A stretch of 64,000 nucleotides of DNA. Origin: Thermoplasmata archaeon (GTDB lineage Archaea > Thermoplasmatota > Thermoplasmata > Lutacidiplasmatales > UBA184). This document shows, one piece after another, positions 49,623-59,906 of this stretch; position 1 is the stretch's first letter; each line of letters opens with the position of its first letter. Below the pieces are notes generated by a model. It was not told the DNA's origin. It did no database searches and saw only the letters and a program-made list of their open reading frames with translations. The stretch covers positions 17,138 to 81,137 of the forward strand of contig JAKIWG010000001.1 in assembly GCA_022750155.1 (NCBI GenBank). Reading direction: 5' to 3'. Position numbers and translations under genes: made by a program.

Positions 49623-50123
49623 CTATCCACCGGAGGAACCTATCTCGTTTAAGATTTCGTTTTGGCAACGCTCTCTAAGGGCATCATCCACTGGAACCCC
49701 CACTTCGGCCTCTATTGTCGGCAGCAGACTCGATTTCACGGCAGCCAGCTCGTCGACGGTTACCGTTCCGCCCGTTTGGAGGCGATCCCAAAGGCTCTCG
49801 ACCTTGACTTCGGCTTGGGCCCATCGACCGTACCCAACTCCCAATTGCCCAAGCAAGGTCGAGTATCCGAGTATTGGCGTGACAATGGCCACCACCGCTG
49901 TCGCAGCCGTCAGGGTTTGCCAAAGAGTGGGAAACGAGGACCAGAACGCGAGTCCCGTGATCGCCGAGGAGGAGGTTATGGCAAGGATGGCACGGAGGAC
50001 CTGGTCCCTGAGGAGGTAGCGCCGCCGAAGCTCTGTGTAGTACCGCAAATTGAATCGGCAGGTGAGCCATTCATCCCAAACAAGCTGACGAATTCCAGTC
50101 GAAATCCCAGTATGCCCGCTCAC
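49623..50123 (-). CDS. 2-TM protein, SLATT/DUF4231-like (tentative)
   Basis: 166 aa. An N-terminal helix (RFNLRYYTELRRRYLLRDQVLRAILAI), two closely spaced TM helices (TSSSAITGLAFWSSF / LTAATAVVAIVTPILGY), then a helical tail. Confidence 0.45.
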   Translation of the reverse strand: MSGHTGISTGIRQLVWDEWLTCRFNLRYYTELRRRYLLRDQVLRAILAITSSSAITGLAFWSSFPTLWQTLTAATAVVAIVTPILGYSTLLGQLGVGYGRWAQAEVKVESLWDRLQTGGTVTVDELAAVKSSLLPTIEAEVGVPVDDALRERCQNEILNEIGSSGG

Positions 50124-50480
50124 AATCCAGACTTCTCCTCAGACGACCGAATCTCGGATTGGGGCGTAAACCTATCGCCAGTCGTGGGGCCGGGCCACGG
50201 GGTGGCCCGAGGATCCAGAAGGTCCCGGCAGCGTCCCCAAAGGTTCACGCAAAAGCGTCCAGAGCTCCGCGATTCCGATTTCTCACTCTTGGCCGAGCGC
50301 CGCGATCCTCCCAGGGTCGACGCCCTGCCGGGATGCCAGGCTCGTAAATCACATCACCCCGCCAATACTCCCGTCAGAGGACCCCTCGACAACGACAATC
50401 CTGGGCCACCGTGTGTTTTGATTTTTGGCTAAATCCACCCGAGAGTCGGGGCTTTTCTGTCAAGGCGGGTCCTCTCCGGA

Positions 50481-50489
50481 GATTCGAAC
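50481..50489 (-). repeat. tRNA T-arm-like motif, site 5 (GATTCGAAC)
   Basis: Lies in a 1.25-kb ORF-poor gap. The minus-sense hairpin GTTCC-GTTACCG-GGAAC lies 10 nt 5' of it. Confidence 0.35.
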
Positions 50490-51373
50490 TTCATTGCGGT
50501 TCCCGGTAACGGAACTGAAGCCGATGCAAACGCCCTCTACGACATCGCGGGCGAGGCAAATCTCTACCTTCGCAGGCGCTTCGTTGCCTCCCCATGGTAC
50601 ATGGATGCGGCTATGGGCGGGTCGAACCTGGCATCCCCGGCGACCTGAGGGGCGGAGACATCCTGCACCTCGGTTGGCAGGCCATCCTGGGGTCCTCAAA
50701 GAGCGAAGCGCAGACCCCCACAAGGTCGGTAACGGAATATGTCTCCACGCCCGGAACCTACGGCGTCAACAGGTCGGTGACGATTGAGGAAATGACCGCG
50801 TCGAGCGGTGCAGGGGACGCGCGGTTCGTCTCGCGGAACCAGACGGCCTCGTTCTCGCAGTCTGGCCTCCCCCGGTGCTGAGGGAGACTCGTCTCGAACC
50901 CGGGTTGGAATGGGCCCCGGTTCCCAACCTTTTCGAGCGTGCCGTCCAGGTCACCCTATCGCTTCACCTGGGCCGCGATCCATAGTCGGTCCGTTAACTG
51001 CGGGGAAACAAGTTGGCGGCTGGAAGGATTGCCGAGTGCCCGGTAGGCATTGCGCGCTTCACACGAGTCACTCGGCCGTAGGTGAGGATGGAAAATTGCG
51101 GCGGCCGGCCAACTGAATGCAGCCATCGAGACTGCACCGGGATTGAAGGAGCTCCAAGGAACCGTCGGAGCACGGAGTCGTCAGCGGGGTGCCACGGCGC
51201 TCGGGAGCCTATCCATGGGGAGGCCGGCTAGAACTCAGTGCGTACCGGCGGGTGAATGAGCCCCCATTCCTCGGGGCTCCCGGCTGGCCCCAATTCGGCG
51301 CCGCTTGCCACCGCCGCTGGGTGCATCGGCCATGGAAAGCGCCATTGCCCGTCATCGAGTGGACTGACCCCTC

Positions 51374-54300
51374 CTACACCCTGAGCACCAGGCTGATCGT
51401 CGCCGTCTCCGTGGCGTAGGGGTTGCCATTGGGACCCGAGCAGCCCCCAGTCTGATTAACTTGCCAAACGCAGAGCACTGCTTGAGTTACAAAAGTAACA
51501 AGGTAGACCCCGCCGTAAGGGCCACCCGAGCTGCAGGTTCCCGATCCACCATCCAGGCAACCCGCGAACAGTTGGAGCCTAGATACCGAGGCCTCCGCGA
51601 CGCTTGAATGGCTCAGATTGCCCCCGGCCACAGTACCCCCCGAGAGTACTTCGGTCCACAGATTGCTTCCCGACATGGTGCAGATGGACGTGCTCCCGCC
51701 TAACGAAGACGTCCCAAATAGATTCTCGAGGAGCCCCACGGCCAATTCAAGGGCCAACCCCGCGACCGCTTCCATGACTATGGTCAAGCCGAACGTTTCG
51801 ATGCCCAGGCCGACCTCGATTGCCATTATTGTAATCTCCTCGGCGGCCGACACGGCGAAGTCCTGGGCTGTGAACTCCTGGCTGACCAATTGTGCGGTGG
51901 CCGGTGACGAGGAGCCGAGACCTAAGGTATTCTGCGTCGCTGCCGAGTCGAAACCTGGCCATGAGCCATAAATCGAATTGCCGGACAGCTTCGTCTCCTT
52001 GACCCCCATGCAGAGTGTGGCGACATCGGCCTCGCCATAGCTCGTACCGGTCACGGTTGCGCCACTTGGTGGAGTGATCGGTCCAGTGGCATTTGCCATC
52101 GCCGTTATGCTGAGATCAAGTGTATCCTCGACATTGCCACAGACGTGGTTAAGCTGTTGGAAATCAACAGCCAAGGTCAGATTGCTGGTCATATAGGTCG
52201 GTCCGCCGCTACTCCAATCATTGATCTTCCAGCTGTTGTTCGCGGCCGCTTCGTATGGTGCGGCGAACACGTAGGTGTTCGAATTCCCGCCGCTGTTGCA
52301 CGAGGGATTATACGTCGCCGTTGGTAGGTTGAGCTGGCCGGTATACAGTCGATGAGCTGTGCTTCCGTTCTCCTCCATGAAGGAGCCCTTCGGCAACACC
52401 TTGAAGTCGTCGAAATAGGCGTTGACCGTGCCGATTGTGTGGCTCGAACTCCCTAGCGCAGTAACGCCGATGTGCAGCTCAATGACGTGGCCTTCGAACC
52501 GAGTGATATTCATCGAAACCTGGCTCCAACCGGCCGTCGCTGACGTGAAGTTTGTATTGGTTTCATAGTAGTCATAGGTCTGATCAAGTATGGTCACGTT
52601 TGCGGCCTGATAGGTTGGACAATTAGGAGAACTACAGGAGATGCCAAAATTCACCTCGCCGACCAGGTTCATCGCAAAATTCACGGGACCCGAGTTATCG
52701 ATGTTGTTCGGAACACGGAACTGTTGCCAAGCCTGCTCGGTGTAGCTGCACCCGTGGTCATTCCCGCAGGTCCCGGGGTTAAGCTGCATTTGCATCGATT
52801 GATTCCCCGCGAAGACGGTCGAAGTCGAAATCGTTGGGGATCCTTGGGTCACCCAGCCATACAACTTGGCATCCTCAAAATTCCCGTTCGTGATGTCCTT
52901 CGCGTAAGGCGCGTTGACCAAGCGTATCGAATCGAAATAGGCGACGAACGTTCCGGGAGTTGCTTTGTTCCAGCCATTCACATAGTCGACCATAAACTGG
53001 CTAATGTAGAGGTTTTGCGTGAGGGAGAGGTCACAGACTACTTGAACCCAGTTGCCACGAGGAATGGAAATGGTGGGTGCGGCGCACTGCTCACCCTTTC
53101 CATCCAACGGACCGACTTGGTTCGTAAACTTCTGTGTTTCCCCTGACAGGAAGTTTCCGTCAGAAAGCAAGGCGTCGACGGAAAAATTTGCCGAAGCCGA
53201 GGACGTCGGAACATAGACATAGAATTCAAGGAACACTGGACTCGAGAGGGCGGGAAACAGGGCTGTCCCCGTGATGCCGATGTTCGGAGCTGGCGGGGTT
53301 CCCAGACCAACGTAGGACACGGCGAGGGGATAGGAGGTCGACGATCCGTCCGTGCCTGTGAACTTCAGGACCGTCGAATCCCCGCTGGGGAGACCTGAGG
53401 GTATCCCCGTCGTCACGAGCGAGGCGGATACACCAGTCGTCTGGTATGAGATCTCTGAGGAATCAGACACCGTCCAAGTACTCCCCAAATCCCCCGGATA
53501 GCTGAGGTTGTAGTCACTGTCCCCCCCCGGGGAATTGTAGAGGCCAAAGTCGTTGGTTTTTGTCAGGTTGATGCTGGCGTTCAACCAGGTGGTCTGATGT
53601 GGCGACAGCGCGGCGTTCCCCGTGGTAAACGTGACATAACCCATCGCTCGGGCGGTAACAGTAACTATGGCCGATCCCGTCGAACAGGAGAATGCGAATG
53701 CATAATGGCCGTTCGCGTCAGTGATGTTTGTCATGGCCCCTCCAATCGGGACCACTCCGCCCGAGAGCGTCACGTACGCGTAGTACACAGGGCCTAGAGT
53801 CGGATATATAGTGACGTAACCGGTCAGCTCTGTCGGTGTGCAAGCGTCGCTGAACTCTGCCGAAATGGTTGCGGTGGACCAACACGGGGCTGACGCGCTG
53901 ATGGTGACGACGTAGGTCGTTAGGGAGAGACCAGTTTGGGTAAGCGGGGAGACTGGGTTTGTAACGCTCTTCCACACCCCCGATCCAACCGGTGAGAATG
54001 TCACAGTAACTGTGGTCGTAGGGCCTGGGGAAAGAGAGGGTAGGCTGCTAACGCTCCACGAGACCGTCGCCATTCCTCCGCCGGATGGCACCCCGTACAC
54101 TTGGGCATTCTTGATGACAAGAGTTCCCTCTGGGCAGGATCCGCCGCCGGTTGTAGTCGTGTAGATCGAGCCGGTGCGGGCGTAGGTATTGTGAGGGGTC
54201 TGACAGGACCCCGTCAGCCCGATTTGGTAATAGTAAACTGAGTTCGTGGACAACGAGCTCAGCGTCACAGAATTGCTGGATGGAGTAACGGAGCTCCAAC

Positions 54301-54748
54301 CCGTTCCAGTGGGGTTCGTGCCGTAGGAGAAGTTTGCCGAAACCTCAGTCCCTTCCACTGACCAACTGATGACTCCGTTGGTGCCGGAGCTCCCAATGGA
54401 GACCGCCACGGCAAGGATGCTGATACAGCCGAATTGTTTCTTGATATGGGTCGTGGCGTGCCCACCGGTCATTCGACCCGCGTGGGCACCCGCCCCCAAC
54501 CCCATGCTGGAGCGGAGGTGCGAATCACTACTGACACCGGTGTTGGCCGATGAGGTCGCGACGAAGTGGGACCCCCCCACCGAATTCCGGTCGACAGCGA
54601 CCTCCCGATTTTGGGTTCGCGAAAGTGCGGACATGCCGGGGTTGATCAGGAGCAGGAGCACGCCGATTGCGCCTGCTGCGCCGATGACCCTGGCAAATCT
54701 TTTCGGCGAAAGGGTCCACGATTTCCGGTTGACTCGGAGTACTCCCAT
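51374..54748 (-). CDS. very large membrane-anchored surface protein (adhesin/S-layer-like)
   Basis: 1124 aa. N-terminal anchor VIGAAGAIGVLLLLINPG, FN3-like and carboxypeptidase-regulatory-like segments (TNITDANGHYAFAF), and abundant NxS/T sequons. Confidence 0.75.
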   Translation of the reverse strand: MGVLRVNRKSWTLSPKRFARVIGAAGAIGVLLLLINPGMSALSRTQNREVAVDRNSVGGSHFVATSSANTGVSSDSHLRSSMGLGAGAHAGRMTGGHATTHIKKQFGCISILAVAVSIGSSGTNGVISWSVEGTEVSANFSYGTNPTGTGWSSVTPSSNSVTLSSLSTNSVYYYQIGLTGSCQTPHNTYARTGSIYTTTTGGGSCPEGTLVIKNAQVYGVPSGGGMATVSWSVSSLPSLSPGPTTTVTVTFSPVGSGVWKSVTNPVSPLTQTGLSLTTYVVTISASAPCWSTATISAEFSDACTPTELTGYVTIYPTLGPVYYAYVTLSGGVVPIGGAMTNITDANGHYAFAFSCSTGSAIVTVTARAMGYVTFTTGNAALSPHQTTWLNASINLTKTNDFGLYNSPGGDSDYNLSYPGDLGSTWTVSDSSEISYQTTGVSASLVTTGIPSGLPSGDSTVLKFTGTDGSSTSYPLAVSYVGLGTPPAPNIGITGTALFPALSSPVFLEFYVYVPTSSASANFSVDALLSDGNFLSGETQKFTNQVGPLDGKGEQCAAPTISIPRGNWVQVVCDLSLTQNLYISQFMVDYVNGWNKATPGTFVAYFDSIRLVNAPYAKDITNGNFEDAKLYGWVTQGSPTISTSTVFAGNQSMQMQLNPGTCGNDHGCSYTEQAWQQFRVPNNIDNSGPVNFAMNLVGEVNFGISCSSPNCPTYQAANVTILDQTYDYYETNTNFTSATAGWSQVSMNITRFEGHVIELHIGVTALGSSSHTIGTVNAYFDDFKVLPKGSFMEENGSTAHRLYTGQLNLPTATYNPSCNSGGNSNTYVFAAPYEAAANNSWKINDWSSGGPTYMTSNLTLAVDFQQLNHVCGNVEDTLDLSITAMANATGPITPPSGATVTGTSYGEADVATLCMGVKETKLSGNSIYGSWPGFDSAATQNTLGLGSSSPATAQLVSQEFTAQDFAVSAAEEITIMAIEVGLGIETFGLTIVMEAVAGLALELAVGLLENLFGTSSLGGSTSICTMSGSNLWTEVLSGGTVAGGNLSHSSVAEASVSRLQLFAGCLDGGSGTCSSGGPYGGVYLVTFVTQAVLCVWQVNQTGGCSGPNGNPYATETATISLVLRV

Positions 54749-55005
54749 TGTGGGACGCCTGCGCGAGATGGTGCAGCACGATTAGGGTTATGTATTTTCG
54801 TACACGTATCTGTAGGGCTGCTGTACGCGGGGTGGGAGCGAATGGGGTACGACTCGCTCAGATTTGGCGGATTCAGTTGGGTCATTGGTCGCGACTTCGG
54901 ACTCAGCGTCGATGCAGTCGGGAGCGGGCCGCCAGGGATATTTATCGTGGGACAGCTCCTCTCCCTTGGGGAGCCTCCGAAGTGGAGGTGGCTTAGGCAA
55001 CCTGC

Positions 55006-56289
55006 ATGATGCGAATGACGAGAGGTTGGAACGGACTGGCGGTAGGGATGGTCAACTCGGTCCTGGTAGGTTGCCTACTCGGATCAGGGGTCTGGATCTA
55101 CGGGCTCACCCAGGGGGCTGGTGAGAGCCCCCCGCTACATTCGTTGACCAGCCTCGGGAGTTGGGTACGACCTCTCTGTCCTGATCCCCGAAACTGCCCG
55201 AATTATCTCAGCGCAGGGGAAACACCTAGATTGGCGGCTGTTTCATATGTTTCGCTTGGGAATCTGTGGATTGCTGCGGTCACCAACGGACCGCTCGTCG
55301 AACTCAGCCAAAATGGGCAGGTGCTTCTATCGAGTACGGCGCTCGGGTGTTACCCATCTCAAGTATTTTACCCTGGCCACGGCCAGCTCGTCTACATCCC
55401 ATGCTCGGGCAGCGGGCCCTCCGCGAATTCCACAATCATCGTATGGAATTGGGGGTCAAACTCTTTAGTCTCCCGGTTCGAGGGGCCCGATACGTGCAAC
55501 GGACCCCTGACCATGGACTCTAGAGCCAATCGCTTGTACTGTCCAATAATGGCCACCCAGGACCCCGCATGGGTAGTCGATCCACTGAATGGCTCGATTT
55601 CGCGTTTTCCTGCCCCCGGGGGACCTGGAGTCAGCGTGCTTTACGACGACTCCGCCGGGAGCTTACTCTTCGCTGGGGAAAATAGCACCACAATTGAGTC
55701 CCTCAATCCGACCTCCGGTCGTGTAGTCGCCCTAATTCCGGTCGGTGGCTACCCGATAACGATGGTACAGAGCCCGAACACTAAGGAAGTTCTGGTCGTC
55801 ACCAGTTCCTCCCCGTCCAATCTCCCCTCCGATCAATCCCGATTGCTAGTCCTTAACAGCTCTACATTGGTCCCGACCTTTTCCGCAAACCTGCCGTCGC
55901 CGGTCTCATGGGGTGGCGAGCCAATCACCTTCGATGGGGCAAATGATGAGGCTTTTCTCGCTTCTCGGGGGGGATTAGTCGTGTTCGATCTCGATCGGAA
56001 TACGATCGTCCTGGCCAGCGTGGGAATCCAGTATGCTTTCGGCGAAATCGCGGTGTTCGGGTATGACCCGAATTCGAGCACCTTCGCCTATGCGCCGGAC
56101 CCTCAGAGCGGTGCCTACGTGGAGTTTGTGAACATAAGCCATATCCTCACCTCCGAACCGCCGTTCTCGACGGTCCCGTACTTCGGGATGTGGACCCCCG
56201 TGATGGCTGGGACGGCGGGATTCGCAATTTCGGGCGCGATCCTATCCCTCCGCCGGCAGAAACCGCCACGGGGGGCCAATCGCACATGA
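55006..56289 (+). CDS. membrane-anchored beta-propeller-like surface protein
   Basis: 427 aa. N-terminal TM (AVGMVNSVLVGCLLGSGVWIYGL), C-terminal TM + basic tail (AGTAGFAISGAILSLRRQK), and repeat-like strands. Confidence 0.65.
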   Translation: MMRMTRGWNGLAVGMVNSVLVGCLLGSGVWIYGLTQGAGESPPLHSLTSLGSWVRPLCPDPRNCPNYLSAGETPRLAAVSYVSLGNLWIAAVTNGPLVELSQNGQVLLSSTALGCYPSQVFYPGHGQLVYIPCSGSGPSANSTIIVWNWGSNSLVSRFEGPDTCNGPLTMDSRANRLYCPIMATQDPAWVVDPLNGSISRFPAPGGPGVSVLYDDSAGSLLFAGENSTTIESLNPTSGRVVALIPVGGYPITMVQSPNTKEVLVVTSSSPSNLPSDQSRLLVLNSSTLVPTFSANLPSPVSWGGEPITFDGANDEAFLASRGGLVVFDLDRNTIVLASVGIQYAFGEIAVFGYDPNSSTFAYAPDPQSGAYVEFVNISHILTSEPPFSTVPYFGMWTPVMAGTAGFAISGAILSLRRQKPPRGANRT

Positions 56290-59200
56290 ATCGGGGAGGT
56301 GCCGGGAGAGACCATGACCTGACCGACGACCATGTGTCGTCCGAACTATCCTGGCCGCTCAGCGGATTCCCCTTACCACGGGTTTCCCCCGCTCCCGTAG
56401 GCGGTCGGCGCCGCCTTTTCAACGCTATCAGGGCGACAGCGGCGACGGCCGTAGCGCCCGCTCCAGCAATCCAAAGATAGCCCACAGCCGACTGGGCCGG
56501 ATTGCTCGATTGATTCGGAAGTGGCAGAACCGCCACGAAGGAAACGGTGATGTATTGCGGCTGACCGACGACCTGGACACTTCCCCCCGCAGGGGTTACG
56601 TATCCTACGACCGAGGATATTGAGAACGGATAGGTCCCGTTGGGCACACGGACCGTGAGGGTGCTCGAGGACCCATTTAGATTGCTCCCATTCACCACAA
56701 CCGCCCAGGGAGTGCCCTTAATCAAACCGGACTCCTCAAAGGTCACCAAGTAATACGTCGTCCGTGGGTTTGACGAGAAGAGTATCGACCGGTTCAAATC
56801 GTTCCCGGCCACGGTGATGTTTCCACTCGTTGGAGTAGCCTGGAACGTGGGAACTTGGGACACGTTGAACGGGTAGGTTCCGTTCGGCTCGTTGAAGGTA
56901 AGCTGACCGGCCGTGGATTGCTGACTGCTTCCATTCAGGGTCACCACCCATGCCTTTCCTATCGGCAGCCCGGAGGCGATGAAATCCACGGAGTAGAGCG
57001 CGGGAAGAGTCTTCTGGAACTGAGTCGTGAGACTCCGGTTTGCGCCCGAAACGGTAACCGAGCCACCGGACGGACTTGCGAAATAGCCCGGAACCTGTCC
57101 AATGGAATAGTTATACGTTCCATCAGGGACGATTGTCGAAAAGGTTGTGCCCGTTCCGGCGAAAGAGACGTTCGCGATGGACGCCGACCAGGGACGCCCA
57201 GTGGGCAATCCGGACTCCGACAGGCTTAGGTTATAGGCACCGGGGCTCGTAACAACCGAAATAGTCCCAGACCGGGAGTCGACTACAGCCATGCACCCGT
57301 TCTCGGGATCGTAGGCCAGGCCTTCCGGATTCGCGCCTACTGATACAGATTGAGCGACGGAGAGGGTTTCGGGAGAGATGATCGAAACGTTATTCGACCC
57401 CGTGTTGGCGACGTACACCGCACCGTTCCCGGGGTCATAAGAGACCGGGCCCGGCAGGCTGCCTACGGGGATTGTACCTATCGTTAGATTGTCGGACGCA
57501 TTGATTACGGATACCGAGTCCGACCCCGCATTGGCGACGTAAAGTCGCCCATCAACGGCATCGAACGCCACGCCGTCCGGTTGACTACCCACCACAATGT
57601 TCTTCACCACCGAATTTGTCGCGGTGTTTATCGCCGTGACCCAACCGAAACCCGAGTCGGTGACGTAGACGTAGCCGTTGTTCGGGTCGTAGGCCATCGC
57701 GGTCGGATTCAGGGAGACCTTGATGGACTTCTGGACTGTGTTCGTTTGCGGGTCTATGAGGGTCACGTTCCCCACCCCAAACCACGACCCCGAAACGTAG
57801 ACCCCTCCGGTCGGAGCGAAGATGACGTTCGCCGGAATCTCACCGACAGGGATTGAGAGAAAGCCATTCGGGACACTCGAATTCGGGGTCGCCACGCTCT
57901 TCCCACCGATACTACTGAAGATTCCCGCGATCGCAGCGTACAGGGCGCCGTTACTGGGGTTCACTGCGACATCGACCGGTTGAAACCCTACTCGGATCGG
58001 GAGCCCAGGAAGCAAGCTGGTCGCTCCAACAGTAGTGAGGTTATTCGATCCGGTGTTCGCAATTACGAGTTGATGAGAGCTTGCGTCGTAGATGATCGCG
58101 TTGGGCTCGAATCCCAGGACGACCGACTTGGTAGCCCGAATGTTGGAACCTTGAAAAAGAGTCAGGTTGTCCGAGGCATAGTTCGGGACGAGCACCTGGT
58201 CGGTGCTCGGGTCGTAACTTAGGCCTGTCGGAGCCCCCCCGACGAAGACGTTTCCCCCGACGACTTGAATAGAGGTGGGGATGGCCGAAACAATCGAGCC
58301 ACCCGCGCTAGCGACGAAAAGTTGACTGTCGCGAGGATCAATCAGGATGCCGGACGGTGTGAAGGATGTCGAGACCGTGGCAGATAGGCGGTTTGATGAA
58401 ATATTGAGGACGCTGATATTGTCTGACGCCCGATTGGCGACATATAGGAGTCGAGCCCCTGAATCATATGAGGCCGATCCGGGGTCCTGTCCGGCTAGGA
58501 TCGAGGCTACCGGGGTACCCGTCGAGGTGTTGATCACGGTCACGTTTCCCCATGTGCCGGGATTCGAGTTGACAACCAACAGCCTGTGCGCGCCTGAGTC
58601 GACCGAAAGAGCCACCGGCCCCACCCCGGCTCCGTAGAATCCGACAACTCGGTTCAGGGTCAAGTTAACGATGCTGACGTTGCTGCCGAGGAGGCTGGCA
58701 ACGTAGAGCCTCGCCTTGGCGGGGTCTACCGCTAGGGCAGAAGGGGAGATCACGGAAATGGAAGCGAGAGGTGCCCAATTCGTCGTGTCGATTACGGTCA
58801 CATTGTCGGAGCCTTGATTCGCGACGAACAGCTCGCGACTTGATTCGACGTAAGCGAGGGAGTACGGCGGCGCCCCGACGGGGACAAACGCTACAAGTGC
58901 GTCCGTCGACAGGTTAACGACGGCGACATTGTCCGAAATAGAGTTCGCCACAAACGCGAGGCTCCTATTCGTGGCGACAGCACTCGCTTGCGGGCCCTGA
59001 CCGGTTGCCCCAATGGCTGAATTTCCCGGGGAAACGGCTCCGGTCAGCAAGCTTAGGGTTTGTCTCACCGAACCCGACTGAACGCCAATGCAATCCGGGG
59101 AGTTCGCTTGGTTACTTGAGCGACTAAGTGGGGGGTTCATAAACCACGAACTCAAATCGACGCTCGAATGGCTCGGGTGATCGGACATCCTCGCACGTGA

Positions 59201-59335
59201 GTCGCTTCCACCGAATTCGCTCGAAAACCCGACGAATAAGACCATCGCGACAGCGGCCACTTCAGCGGCCTGAGGCCAGTAATCCGTCCGCAATCTCCGC
59301 GGGTGATAGAATCGAGATGCTCGCCTAACTCTCAT
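56147..59335 (-). CDS. large YVTN beta-propeller repeat surface protein with C-terminal TM anchor
   Basis: 1062 aa. Many repeats (LFVANQGSDNVTVID, LYVANRASDNISVLN, VYVANTGSNNVSII), then Ig-like YNYS/YPFN repeats, then anchor YLWIAGAGATAVAAVALIALKRRRR. The low-complexity tail overlaps gene 55006..56289 convergently. Confidence 0.75.
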   Translation of the reverse strand: MRVRRASRFYHPRRLRTDYWPQAAEVAAVAMVLFVGFSSEFGGSDSRARMSDHPSHSSVDLSSWFMNPPLSRSSNQANSPDCIGVQSGSVRQTLSLLTGAVSPGNSAIGATGQGPQASAVATNRSLAFVANSISDNVAVVNLSTDALVAFVPVGAPPYSLAYVESSRELFVANQGSDNVTVIDTTNWAPLASISVISPSALAVDPAKARLYVASLLGSNVSIVNLTLNRVVGFYGAGVGPVALSVDSGAHRLLVVNSNPGTWGNVTVINTSTGTPVASILAGQDPGSASYDSGARLLYVANRASDNISVLNISSNRLSATVSTSFTPSGILIDPRDSQLFVASAGGSIVSAIPTSIQVVGGNVFVGGAPTGLSYDPSTDQVLVPNYASDNLTLFQGSNIRATKSVVLGFEPNAIIYDASSHQLVIANTGSNNLTTVGATSLLPGLPIRVGFQPVDVAVNPSNGALYAAIAGIFSSIGGKSVATPNSSVPNGFLSIPVGEIPANVIFAPTGGVYVSGSWFGVGNVTLIDPQTNTVQKSIKVSLNPTAMAYDPNNGYVYVTDSGFGWVTAINTATNSVVKNIVVGSQPDGVAFDAVDGRLYVANAGSDSVSVINASDNLTIGTIPVGSLPGPVSYDPGNGAVYVANTGSNNVSIISPETLSVAQSVSVGANPEGLAYDPENGCMAVVDSRSGTISVVTSPGAYNLSLSESGLPTGRPWSASIANVSFAGTGTTFSTIVPDGTYNYSIGQVPGYFASPSGGSVTVSGANRSLTTQFQKTLPALYSVDFIASGLPIGKAWVVTLNGSSQQSTAGQLTFNEPNGTYPFNVSQVPTFQATPTSGNITVAGNDLNRSILFSSNPRTTYYLVTFEESGLIKGTPWAVVVNGSNLNGSSSTLTVRVPNGTYPFSISSVVGYVTPAGGSVQVVGQPQYITVSFVAVLPLPNQSSNPAQSAVGYLWIAGAGATAVAAVALIALKRRRRPPTGAGETRGKGNPLSGQDSSDDTWSSVRSWSLPAPPRFMCDWPPVAVSAGGGIGSRPKLRIPPSQPSRGSTSRSTGPSRTAVRR

Positions 59336-59885
59336 CCCGCTCCGAAGCTCACCTGTGGGAGGTTAGCCATAGCGGGGCCCCTCCAAATAACTTTCAGGTT
59401 GGCGATGCGGCCCTGCTCAGAGCGAGACCTCGTCGGTTCGAACTCGCTGGCCGTCAGATTCGCGTCGCTTCGCCACCAGTCAAAGGCTGTAGGAAGCGTC
59501 CACAGGGGGGTCCCAGGGCCCGGCCCTTTGAATACGTAGCCCTCAGAATGAGCACCCCTCAGTATCTAAGGCCTCTGTGGAGTTGGCAGGGCCGCTCGGT
59601 GTTCGGCTGGCCCAGAGTTCCAATCGGCCCGTCACCCGAGCCAGACGCGCGGAGAAATGGGCTCCAGAATGGTCGAGCGGTTGGACCTCTGTCGCCGGTA
59701 ACCGCGACTGAGGCGACTGAGAGCTGAATGACTAGGAGTCCCACTGTACTGGCGAATCGTTGGGACATGGCGTGGATTTACTAGAAGCTTCGAGCTTCGC
59801 TGCGGGGGGCGGCTGAGGAAAATCGAACTGTTTCGGGCTGTCGCTCGCGCCGTCAGAGGGGGACCGTCTTTGCCCCCCGTGTAAA

Positions 59886-59896
59886 GGATTTGAACC
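59886..59896 (-). repeat. T-arm-like hairpin (minus sense AAAGG-TTCAAAT-CCTTT), site 6
   Basis: Perfect 5-bp stem plus 7-nt T-loop-like loop, 10 nt from attR. No matching acceptor or anticodon arms. Confidence 0.35.
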
Positions 59897-59906
59897 TTTG
59901 TGCGAG

